Below, in pieces: positions 1 through 10,189 of a stretch of 20,000 nt of DNA. The notes beneath the pieces were generated by a model. It was not told where the DNA came from and made no database searches. It saw only the letters and a program-made list of their open reading frames with translations. Numbering within the stretch: position 1 is the first letter of the stretch; each line of letters begins with the position of its first letter. The stretch is from Catajapyx aquilonaris. Its lineage: Eukaryota. The translations under genes were made by a program, and so were the position numbers. The DNA lies in contig KZ538627.1 in assembly GCA_000934665.2 (NCBI GenBank), positions 122,242 to 142,241 of the forward strand, in the 5' to 3' direction.

Positions 1-235
1 TTTTTTGAAGTGTCATCGGGGCCGTCGCTTACACGTGTGGCATCGTCACAACCCGGCTTTCCAAACACCCGATTTTTGAAACCGGTTGCAGGACTAATAA
101 CAAACCGAAATAGTCCGATCCGAATATATTGGCCTCTCCACATGGGTAAGGCGCACAGATACGCTGCGCGCCATTGCGCTGGATGGAAACAGGCCTTCCC
201 ATTGGCTCCTGCCAGTAACAACAAGTGAACCTTCA

Positions 236-1260
236 CGGTCACATGAACGTCAACGTAAACGTAAACGTGATTTTCTTCACCAAAAGCCATATCCAGCTTC
301 GTCATGCTACAGTAGACTGAACTGATGCTGTAGAACATAAACGTAGACGTTGAAGTAGAGGTGAATGTGAACGTTGAAGTTGACATTGACGTAGAGGTGA
401 ATGTGAACGTTGAAGTTGAAGTTGACATTGACGTAGAGGTGAATGTGAACGTTGAAGTTGAAGTTGACATTGACGTAGAGGTGAATGTGAACGTTGAAGT
501 TGACATTGACGTAGAGGTGAATGTGAACGTTGAAGTTGACATTGACGTAGAGGTGAATGTGAACGTTGAAGTTGACATTGACGTAGAGGTGAATGTGAAA
601 GTAGACGTTGGCGTAGAGGTGAATGAGAACGTTGACGTAGACGTTGGCATAGAGGTGAATGAGAACGTTGACGTAGACGTTGGCATAGAGGTGAATGTGA
701 ATGCAGACGTAAACGTAAAGGTAAACGTTGACTACGTAGATGACCGCGAACGTTGACTCTGACGTAAATGTAGGCGCAAATGTAGAGTTGAAAGTAAACA
801 AAAACGTGAATGTAGACGTAAACGTAAACGTTGACGTTGACTAAATGTGAATGTGAACGTAGACGTTAACCCTGTAATGCCCCTTGGGTCATATCTGGCA
901 CACCATTTACTGCAATTATTTGGCACACTTCAGAAAATATAAAAATTGCAAAAGTTGCAAAAATTACACTCAATGGTGTGCCAGATATGACCCAGTGGGA
1001 ATTACTTAGATTAGTGGCATTACAGGGTTAACGTATAAACTACGCGAATGTAAACGTAGACGTTAACGTATAAACTACGTGAATGTAAACGTAGACGTTA
1101 ACGTATAAACTACGTGAATGTGAACGTAGACGTTAACGTAATATAAACTATAGGGCCTACGTGGATGTGAACGTAAACATAGACGTGAAAGCAAGCACGA
1201 ATGTGAATTCAGACAATGTAGACCTAAACGTCAACGTCAACATCAACGTAAGCATGACTG
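236..1260. repeat. Hexamer-based minisatellite region (GTGAAC/GTAAAC/GTAGAC/GTTGAC units) with higher-order 36/42-bp and 35-bp repeats
   Basis: The 36-bp unit GTAGAGGTGAATGTGAACGTTGAAGTTGACATTGAC (with 42-bp variants) repeats from about 355-700. The 35-bp unit GAATGTAAACGTAGACGTTAACGTATAAACTACGT starts at 1046, 1081 and 1116. Confidence 0.95.
870..1027. mobile_element. piggyBac-type MITE (158 bp)
   Basis: TTAA TSD at 866-869 and 1028-1031. Perfect 12-bp TIR CCCTGTAATGCC (870-881 / 1016-1027). Perfect 23-bp internal IR TGGGTCATATCTGGCACACCATT (885-907 / 972-994), with 3-bp versus 21-bp spacers. Confidence 0.92.
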
Positions 1261-1270
1261 TTCTGTCCAT

Positions 1271-1457
1271 AAGCCATTTCCATCTTTCTGATATTGAACT
1301 GTTCTTAGAAAGATGGAAATGGCTTCTGGTGAAGGGAATCAGGTTCACGTTTATGTTTACGTTCACGTTTAACGGTCTAAACACCTGAGATTGCACTGTT
1401 CTTAGGCGTAAACGAAACGTGAACCTGATTCCCTTCACCAAAAGCCATATCCAGCTT
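1271..1457. repeat. Overlapping inverted repeats (direct-inverted-direct arrangement) at the end of the hexamer satellite
   Basis: 1271-1289 is the reverse complement of 1307-1325, and about 1318-1352 is nearly the reverse complement of 1415-1449. The 25 bp at 1433-1457 are identical to 275-299. Confidence 0.85.
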
Positions 1458-2229
1458 GGTCTATCCCAGAAGAAACCAATCGCCCTACTCCGTTCTGTAC
1501 CATAATGGCAACAGGCAATGTTGGCAAGCAGCGCCACCAGTGAGGGAACAGTCGAACGAAGAAAATCAGTTTGGCAGTTGAGTGAAGCAGGCAGTGGGTG
1601 CCAACCACCATCCCAGGGAGGCCATGGAACAAAAGGGCGGGCTGTGATTCAGACGCGACCATGGGGAGGGAGAAGCCCCATTTGCCCCGGAAGCCCCGTC
1701 ATTTGCTGGCGATTTGCGGATGGCCCGGTCCCCCGCAATATTTATGATGGCTGCCGCTGCCTTATCTAGGGAAAGGGGGGGGGGAGAAACCCTGGCAGCA
1801 GCAACCCCCCCTCTCACAGCATGAGCCTATCAAAGCCAGGCTGCTTCATTTGCTCTCTGCTGGTAAGGTATCTATACACTCTTGGTAGATAGACGCAAGG
1901 AAGAGCGCGTGTTATCGGGGCTGGACTCAGGCCAACCCTTTGCGATTCACTTCACACCTGCTGCCCACCTCATTTATCACTTTGCCAGCCTTGTTTCGCC
2001 TAGAGCTGCCTGGGAGGGCTAGCCTTTTCATGTCTAACTATTGGCGCAACTTGGGTCACGCCGCTTCATTCCGCTGGAGTAGACAAGGCCATCTAGAGGA
2101 CGAAATGCTGAAGCTGTAGAGCAGACACAAAATAGGCAGAATTTAGCGATACAATTGCACACCCACAACAAGATAGGAAAATCACGCGAGCGAGACTTTC
2201 TATCATTCTTTCAAGGGTATCCCGACATC

Positions 2230-2617
2230 GGTGTCATACCAATTCGTCAGAAACAAACTCGTCCGATGCAAATTCGCCCGACGACAACTCGCTCGACGAC
2301 AACTCGCCCGACGACAACTCGCCCGACGACAACTCGCCCGACGACAACTCGCCCGACGAAAACTCGCCCCACGAAAACTCGCCCCACGAAAACTCGCCCC
2401 ACGAAAACTCGCCCGATGTACACAGTCGCCCGACAACTCGCCCGACGACAATTCACCCCACGAAAACTCACCCGACGTATATATTCGCCCGAAACTAACT
2501 CGCCCGTTTAACTTGCCCATGGGAGAACTACTCGAGTTTGTACCGATATATCGGGCGAGTTTGTTTCGGGCTAGTTTTCGTGGGATGAGTTTGTTTCGGG
2601 CGAAGTGTGATGGAACC
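2230..2617. mobile_element. Foldback-type non-autonomous DNA transposon, probably Mutator (MULE) superfamily, with 15-bp tandem arrays in both arms
   Basis: The ends GGTGTCATACCAATTCG... and ...CGAAGTGTGATGGAACC are imperfect inverted repeats. The 15-bp unit ACAACTCGCCCGACG / AAAACTCGCCCCACG runs on + at about 2240-2506 and inverted at about 2531-2605. The flanks CCCGACATC (2221-2229) and CCCAACAAC (2618-2626) match 7/9, a decayed 9-bp TSD. Confidence 0.75.
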
Positions 2618-2697
2618 CCCAACAACTGGCTGCCGGTCAACTGGCCGCCGGTCATTTGGCTGACAGGCATCACCTCCATCCCTATTCACCTCGGGAC

Positions 2698-2770
2698 TTG
2701 TGGGTGGCCGCACCAGTACTGTCTGTCTTGTGGCTCCGCCAGGCACAGTACATCGCTGATTTTAATCAAT
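2698..2770. mobile_element. Diverged solo arm of the palindromic MITE family seen at 9472-9729
   Basis: TGGGTGGCCGCACCAGTACTGTCTGTCTTGTGGCTCCGCCAGGCACAGTAC aligns to the reverse complement of 9655-9701 and to the left arm at 9496-9541. Confidence 0.75.
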
Positions 2771-3398
2771 CGCAAGAGTTAGCGATATGGGCATCTTATT
2801 GTGGGCTGTGTGCTGCCAACAATGATGTCCTGATTGTGCGCCGTAGCCCAACGAACATTACAGTGGGCTTCGGCGCTATTGTTAGTCTGATTCGAACTTG
2901 TAGTCTTCAGGTTGGCAACCCTGTTTATTAACCAAACCAGGTCCATTTCCCACATTGATGTGTGCCGTCAGCAAAATCCGATTCAGCTCAAAACGCGTGT
3001 ATTAATTCGCAACAAAAAAAATGTGCGATTGGCGAAATAACGTCGCAAAAAATGTCGCCAAATGACTCTGAGGGGGTGTGTGCGATCCGAAAATGAAATT
3101 GTCTTAATCCCATTCCGCCGTCCACAAAATGCCCTGATCGGAGTTCCCCGAGAATGACTCAAACGCGCCAATTACTATCCCCCCCGTCGAATTACCAAGC
3201 CTGGGCAATTTCCTGAATTTACGATTGGCTAATTTTGCATCGACGGCACGAAAGTTTCCGTTAGTTGGTTGGGTTGTAAGGTATGAAGTTGGTTGGAGGG
3301 GGTGTGAGTCCTACCCCTTCTGGTGACGAAAAAGACTGAACAAATTGTGCCTACTCCAATCGATGGTATCCTGAAGGATCTAACTGGACAGACACAGG

Positions 3399-3471
3399 TA
3401 GTACCAAACACCTCGCATAGATGGCGAACCTTCCTGCCACTCTCAGGGTCGGGCGATGAGTAGTGCTACTA
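3399..3471 (+). mobile_element. Fragment of the dispersed repeat family also found at 10865, 15085 and 18372
   Basis: TAGTACCAAACACCTCGCATAGATGGCG...CTGCCACTCTCAGGGT...GATGAGTAGTGCTACTA aligns collinearly with 15085-15163. Confidence 0.65.
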
Positions 3472-3481
3472 TTAGCAGGAT

Positions 3482-3524
3482 TGGTGCGGTCACCCAAAAG
3501 CCATACAGATGACACTACCAGTAC
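3482..3524. mobile_element. Terminal fragment of the 9472-9729 MITE family
   Basis: TGGTGCGGTCACCCAAAAGCCATACAGATGACACTACCAGTAC is a near-exact reverse complement of 9468-9510. Confidence 0.8.
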
Positions 3525-3945
3525 GCCCCGGATAAACTGAAGCACAGTGTAGCCAACCTAGTGATCCAAGATGGCGAATTTTTGTGACTCATTACGTATA
3601 GATTCTGTTTCTAATTTATCCTTGGGGTAAATCCTGCTTCGGAGGTGCCTCCAGGATTTGGCCTAAATGCAAAGGAGTAGTGTTGAGTTCCTTAATCCCT
3701 TGTCTCCATCCCCCTTGCGTCTGTTTCCTTCAAAAGCTCAATTTCTCCAAGCACAATGGCGAAGGGGGATTCGTGACGAGTTGAAGGATCGATGTGCGCT
3801 ACCTTGTACCGTCTTCAGGGAGTTCAGGAATTAACTTGTAAGGTATGGAAGGAATGTAGGTCGGCCGAATTTGGAAACACTTGGCTCGTCCTATTGGCTG
3901 GAGAGAAGAGTCGACGCGTGTCATTGGCTAGAAAGCCTCGCTAGC

Positions 3946-4910
3946 AGTGTTGTCAACTGATATTAAGATTATCGAAAATCAAATCGATGTTGAAAATATC
4001 GTTGTTTGGAAATCCAAGCAGTAAGATCGATAATCGAAAATATCGAGAGTTATGTGTTCCTAAATCAAACAACATATCGATAATAATTGAGAATATCGAC
4101 AGTACTTTTTAAATCAAGCAGTGTAATTAATTATAATCGAAAATATCGATAGTGATTTCTCAAAAATAAAATAAAATCGACAATATCGATAGTGAATTTT
4201 CAAACATAAAATAAAATCGACAATATCGATACTGATTTTTCAAACATAAAATAAAATCGACAATATCGATACTAATTTTTCTAAAATAAAATAAAATCGA
4301 CAATATCGATAGTGATTTTTCAAAAATAAAATAAAATCGACAATAATCGAGAATATGAAGGAGATCGAGAGAAGAATTACGAATATTACAAATATTTTAA
4401 AAAATTATACGTAAGTAGCAAACAGTGTAATTGAGGATAATTGAAAATATCGATAGTGATACTTTCAAATATAAAAATCGACAATGATCTAGAATATAGC
4501 TAGTAATAAAATCAATAAAATCAAACGGCAAACTCGACAGTTATCGATTATATCAATAATAATTTGTGAAAATATAACACCAAATCGCTTATAATCGAAA
4601 ATGTCGATAGCATTATTTTAAAAATAAAACAGCAATATCGATAATAATCGTAAATTTTGAAAAGAAAATTGTTATCAAAATCGGACATCATTATGAAAAT
4701 CGAATTTTTAAATCAAAATGCGATTTTTTGATATATCCGGAAATTTTCAAATCAAATACAATAAAAATTGATCATAATCGAAACTATCCATAGTTATTTT
4801 TAAATCGAACAGCAAAAAGGAATATAATTATCACAAATATTGAAGTCAAAATTATTTTCAAAAAATGTAAATTATGAAAATCGATTTTTAATTAATCACA
4901 ATGCGATTTT
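3946..4910. repeat. AT-rich ATCGA-containing minisatellite with a 40-bp core unit, preceded by a hAT-like terminus
   Basis: Five 40-bp units CAATATCGATAGTGATTTTTCAAAAATAAAATAAAATCGA at 4141-4340, with degenerate copies on both sides. The region begins with CAGTGTTGTCAACT at 3946. Confidence 0.85.
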
Positions 4911-5569
4911 CTCTCTCTAGCAATTTGCATAGCAGCATATTAATATTGTGAATAAATGTCGATGGAATGACTTTAAGCACGAGAAAAGAATCGATCATCT
5001 CTAATTGGAGCTGAGCATCTGGCAACTGTGGAGAATCCCAACGTCATAAATCTGGCGAAATCTCAAGTGACGCGTCACTTTGTTTTACAAAATTACTCCT
5101 GTTCCGAGCCATTATCCGAAAACCGGACTGCATTGTGGGCTGTAAATCAACCCCTCCCGGTGCAGCAATTGGAGCAAAACTCTGTGAATTCATAGATCAC
5201 GCTCCAGTACTTCGTAAGTGGCGGGACGATAGGCCGTAACAAGAGGCAATATTAGATTTGCAGATGAATTTTACGGCCTGTTATACTCCGGGTAACGACG
5301 CTTTCGAAACACGTCACAATATTATGGATCGCTCTTAAGCGAACAAAAAAAAATAGCCAATTTAGCCTGTCGAAATGAAGTTGGCTATTTTTGGAATAAG
5401 TAGCTTATATTATTCGACAGTAACTTTTATTAGCTCTAAAAATGAAGGTTTCACATTGTGCTGTTAATAACTACCACAGCATATACGTACAAGCAACAAA
5501 ATCACTGTTTCTATAGAAAAAAACAGCTATTTGAGTGTTTCCAAGTGAAAATACCTTTCGCCAATGCTG

Positions 5570-6582
5570 CAAGTAAAATTACTGTTAGGAAATTAATACC
5601 TAGTAAAATAACTTCTACGACTAGCAGTACTATACTAGCAAGTAAAATAACTTCTACGACTAGCAGTACTAACAAGTAAAATAACTGCTACGACTAGCAG
5701 TACTAACAAGTAAAATAACTGCTACGACTTGCAGTACTAACAAGTAAAATAACTGCTACGACTAGCAGTACTACCAAGTAAAATAACTTCTACGACTAGC
5801 AGTACTAACAAGTAAAATAACTTCTACTGAACCTCCTACCAACAAATCGCGTCTTCGAAAGTAAAATAACCCCTATTAGAGAACTTCCAAGTAATAGATA
5901 ACTTCCACCAATTTTGTATAATAACTGCAACTTATAATACAGGGTGGTCGAACTTCAAGTGTCGTTTTATAACGGCTATTAATAGAAGCGCTTTACGATT
6001 ATCGTAGCAGCCACGTGTAAAATGGCCCACTTCGGCGCCATCGAAAATATTAGCTGTGTTTCGTTTGCAGGCTTCCCCCTTGCATTACAGGTCCATGGTC
6101 ATGTCCATGGCGCATCTCAGGTCATGTGTGCACCTCCTTTTTTCCAGGTCAACCCAGCAGCAGGGTTGATTACATGATTGTGTGCTGCTATTGGCAGCTA
6201 ATATTTTCGATGGCGCCGAAGTGGGACATTTTACATGTCGCTGCTACGGCTTCGCAAAATCACTGCTATTAATCGCCGTTATAAAACGACACTTGAAGTT
6301 GGACCACCCCGTATAGTACCAGTAAAATAACTGTCATTAGAGTAAAACTACCGTAGGAGAGTAAGTACTATCAAATATATAGTGTAAGATACGTGCAATA
6401 TTACCAAGTAGAATAACTGCTATTATTGTAAATTCACTGCAAAACGGTACTTCCAAGTAACTTCCATTTGCGTAAAATAGCGGTTAGGAGAGTAACTGGT
6501 ATTGAAGTAAAATAACGCCTAGGAAAGTTCAGCAAAGATAAAAATAACGTATGTCACTTCCAGTACAAAAAGTAAAATAGTT
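5570..6582. repeat. 34-bp minisatellite with a decaying AGTAAAATAAC-containing tail, interrupted by a MITE
   Basis: The unit AGTAAAATAACTTCTACGACTAGCAGTACTAACA starts at 5641, 5675, 5709, 5743, 5777 and (partial) 5811. Degenerate AGTAAAATAAC units continue at 6320-6582. Confidence 0.9.
5940..6311. mobile_element. Tc1/mariner-type MITE (372 bp) with long TIRs
   Basis: TA TSD (5938-5939, 6312-6313) and termini CAGGGTGG...CCACCCCG. Imperfect TIRs of about 117 bp at 5940-6056 / 6195-6311. No ORF. Confidence 0.93.
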
Positions 6583-6613
6583 CCACCAGACTGATGGCTG
6601 CTACTAACAATTA

Positions 6614-6670
6614 GTCGTTTTTAACGTAGCAGGCAACAAATTATTTGTTGTCTGCTATGTTACAAACGGC
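6614..6670. repeat. Near-perfect 57-bp palindrome/hairpin
   Basis: TAACGTAGCAGGCAACAAAT (6622-6641) pairs with ATTTGTTGTCTGCTATGTTA (6643-6662), extended by GTCGTTT / AAACGGC. Confidence 0.8.
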
Positions 6671-6713
6671 CCAAGCAGTGTTGGAACTACAAACAAAAGT
6701 ACCACTCGCTCCC

Positions 6714-6737
6714 CCTAACCTAACCTAACATAACCTA
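6714..6737. repeat. Short interstitial (CCTAA)n = (TTAGG)n run
   Basis: CCTAACCTAACCTAACATAACCTA matches the arthropod telomere motif, which is also common inside insect TEs. Confidence 0.6.
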
Positions 6738-7667
6738 CGAAAAAACCCAAACCCCATCCAATATCACTTCGTCTCTAGCCCTAGCTGATAACCCTGTCCC
6801 TCACCCGACTCTTCGATTTCACTTAACCAGCCAAAGGTAACAACAGTTCCACCCCCCACCCCCCACAGGCAATCGGAATCGCTTTTAAAAAGTGGGGCAC
6901 AGGGAGTGGGGGAAAAAAAGAGAATATTAACTGAACCCCCCCTCGAAATGGAATCAGCCAACTCCATTTCCCTAGGTGATGCCTCTCTCTCTCTCTTTTT
7001 TGACTCTATTTCTCTCTATCTCTCTTTCCCTTGACGCATCGCAGGGGTGGAAAAAAAAAGCGCGGCTCGTGAGTGGTTTTATTAACGTACTTCTCTCGCT
7101 CGCTTTTTTTATATATATATCTAGCTACCCTAGGATTCGACCAATTGAAACGCTTTGATCAGACGAGAGAGAGCAACGCACATGGATGGGGGGACTCTAC
7201 TCCATTGTGCAGTTAACCTTTCAGAGGGAGAGAGGGAGCCACAAAGATCAACGGTTAGAGCCTAATATTTCCGCATGATTAAAATTACCAGGGGACAGAC
7301 AAATATTTTTTTTCGAGGAGGGCCAGTCAAGTGGGTGAAATGAACCGGTCGGGTTAATTGGTAAGTAAATAGTTTTCTACGATGCTCTATTGCTAGGACG
7401 GTACTACCCTCTATGATAGCGGACGCATTGGAACGAGTTAATTAGCGTTTATTTACTCGGAATTGAAGGGTACTTGTCCCACTGTGTACTTAGGATCGGT
7501 TGCACCCATTGCAGGAACGCCCTTTGGTATTAGCTAGTAGTGCCAGGGGCTCCTTACTTGTCAAGTGATGTTGGAAACACTGCTATAGTCACGTTATTCG
7601 CATTGTGTCCTATTATTACCATGGTTGATAGTCTTGATACCGCCATCGAAACCGGTTGCCCAAACAT

Positions 7668-8580
7668 GGACAAACAAACAACCCAACAACCGAACGAATG
7701 GAAAACTAACTAACTAACTAATTGACTGACTGTCTGTCTGACTGAATAAATAACTAATGTATAAACTAAAATAAATAACTAATATATAAACTAAATAAAT
7801 AACTAATATATAAACTAAATAAATAACTGAATATATAAATAAACTAAAATAAATAACTGAATATATAAATAAACTAAAATAAATAACTAATATATAAACT
7901 AAATAAATAACTAATATATAAACTAAATAAATAACTGAATATATAAATAAACTAAAATAAATAACTGAATATATAAATAAACTAAAATAAATAACTAATG
8001 CATAAACTAAAATAAATAACTGAATATATAAATAAACTAAAATAAATAACTAATGCATAAACTAAAATAAATAACTGAATATATAAATAAACTAAAATAA
8101 ATAAACTAAAATAAATAAACTAAAATAAATAAACTAAAATAAATAAACTAAAATAAATAAACTAAAATAAATAAACTAAAATAAATAAACTAAAATTAAT
8201 ATCTAAATAATAAATAACTAAATAAACTCAAATAACTAAATAAAATTAATAGCTTAATAGCTTATTAAGTAAGTAACACTAACTAATTAGCTAGTTACTT
8301 GTTCAGTAAATTATTTAGCTATTTTATTTAGTCAGTTATTAGTGAGTCAGTTAGTTTTAAATAGTTATTTAGTTGGTTGGTTAGTTGGTTGGTCGATTTG
8401 TTTGTTTGTTTGTTTGTCGAAACGTAAGCGAACGAGCGAACGAACGAACATAAAACAAACGAACTAACTGACGAACTAACGACAGACGGAACGAAAGAAT
8501 AGACTAGCTAGCTAGCTAACTAACGAACTAACTAACGAGCTAGCGAGCAATCAAACGAACGAACACACAAACAAACCAAT
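7668..8580. repeat. Low-complexity A-rich satellite (AAAC/AACT/AAAT tetramers; ~25-30-bp and 14-bp units) with an internal orientation switch
   Basis: AAATAACTGAATATATAAATAAACTAAAAT-type units at 7745-8095 and AAATAAACTAAAAT units at about 8087-8195. A T/G-rich inverted block lies at about 8290-8418, and the sequence is A/C-rich again at 8420-8580. Confidence 0.9.
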
Positions 8581-9471
8581 TTTGCTTTTATGTAAGTTAA
8601 TATGGATTTTAAACAGCGTAAGCTCAGCTCCTATTCTTAATTATTATTTTGTAGATTAGGACTGCCACATGATTTTGGCTGGACTATAGCATAATCTTGG
8701 TTCCAAAAAAACTTGAGAAATCACGCCCCTAAATTTTTTTAAAAATTGTTCACAAAGGCCTTTTGCTCCATCTCCTCTTTCTAGCCTCACCCTTCCCATC
8801 GCAATTATTGAGAGTAGCACTTGACAAAGGAGACCCGGAAAACCTCCGGAGATAGTCACTTGATGCAAAGGCATGGCAGGCAAGTCAAGGCCCGCATCAC
8901 ACAATCCAACAACCTTCCCCCTCCCCTCCCTTTCAAACGGCAAGAAAAATTATATGGCAACGCTGCAACATTAATACGGAGCAAAGTCCTGTGGTTCCCA
9001 ACGAAGCGTCATCTCACCTCATAATTTCTTCATCGAAAGGAAGACATGGCTTTTCCTCCCACTTCGTAATGAGAATCGTTCCCCTAAAACGGTGCATACA
9101 CAGTGTATATACTTACCCCCAGCCTTCCCCCCCCCCCCCACTTCCCTCCCTCCCTTCCCTCCGACAAAGTGGCCAACTGCCATCTTCATCTGCATGCTAA
9201 TGACGCCTAATGTGACAAATGCAGGGCCCTGTTTCTGTGCGCTCGACTGTTGCAAATCGAATTTCCCCGACCTGCTCTCCTCCATCAAGCCTCCATGACA
9301 TTTTATGGAATGATTGACTGGCATGGCGGCAGGAAAGCTAAACCAAGGTATGGCGTCGTGCCCATTGCTGGATGAAATAAATGTAGCCTAAAAAATTTAT
9401 TTAAAATATTAATAAATAGAACAAATCATATTAATAGAGAATTGGGTTAGTGTGTGGTGAGCTATCAGTAC

Positions 9472-9729
9472 CGGTAGTGTCATCTGTATGTCTTTTGGGT
9501 GAACGCACCAGGAGTACCTGTGGCCCTGCCAGGCATGGTACGTCACCCTGGATGATTTTTAGTTAATTAACTTAAATCACTGGCCACCCCTTAATGGGAT
9601 CCAGGTCGTGATGAATATGAATGAATGAATGAACTAAAAATCATGCAGGGAGACGTACCGTGCCTGGCAGGGCCATAAGACAGTACTGGTGCGGTCACCC
9701 AAAAGCCATCTAGTACAGATGACTCACCG
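9472..9729. mobile_element. Palindromic (foldback) MITE with ~95-bp arms and a nested short retroposon
   Basis: 9472-9565 is an imperfect reverse complement of 9632-9729 (e.g. GGCCCTGCCAGGCA / TGCCTGGCAGGGCC; TTTTGGGTGAACGCACCA / TGGTGCGGTCACCCAAAA). No TSD identified and superfamily unassigned. Confidence 0.85.
9580..9631 (+). mobile_element. Very short retroposed element / LINE 3' end with (ATGA)n tail
   Basis: The 38-nt core is 32/38 identical to the reverse complement of 14149-14186. It is flanked by AACTTAAATCA (9569-9579) and AACTAAAAATCA (9632-9643), a probable TSD. Confidence 0.7.
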
Positions 9730-10189
9730 AGGCATGAGCGAGCTTGGCGGCCATACATCAACAATACTGTCGGTATTGTGCGCCGCAAGCCAACGAACGT
9801 TATTGTGGCTTTGACATTTTTACTGTGCAATTTATTCGTCGGTTAGTCCAAAGAACTTGATTTTGAAGCATGATTAGTTTCATTAAGAACAAATTGGCGA
9901 TACAATCGACTGGGGGGGAGGGGGGGCTCAAATATAAGTGACATTTTTCTCCTAAAAGCGACGATGTTGTTAAGAAAATTAGAAAGTAAAAGAACGGCAG
10001 GGTTATTAATTATGGGGGGGGGGGGGTTAGAACCAGAAGTTAAGCCGATTAAGAACCCAAAGTGATTAAGATTCTGTCATCTGTGATTGCGGTTGATTAC
10101 ATGTTAATTACAGGACAGGATGTTCACCCGATTGCAGAGGGTTTGACCCCTCCCAGATAATTTAGAGACCAGTGTTAGCCTGCCATTAG

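Noticed and set aside
307..801. ORFs of 164 aa (-) and 131 aa (+) with V-x-V-x periodicity
   Set aside because: Read-through of a hexamer-based satellite that continues outside the ORFs and is interrupted by a MITE. No gene context.
2155..2782. Overlapping ORFs with pentapeptide-like repeats (RPTTT, ARRQL, RRASC, GRVVV)
   Set aside because: Translations of the 15-bp DNA array in several frames and on both strands. The DNA-level inverted structure explains them.
3946..5030. Complete hAT element ending at ATCTGGCAACTGTG
   Set aside because: Only about 10/15 inverted match and no TSD.
4141..5830. 34-40-bp periodic repeats as a possible CRISPR array
   Set aside because: Units are head-to-tail with no unique spacers, there are no cas genes, and the context is eukaryotic. 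The same applies to the 25-, 35- and 36-bp arrays.
6714..6737. True telomere or telomere addition site
   Set aside because: Fewer than five units, imperfect and internal.
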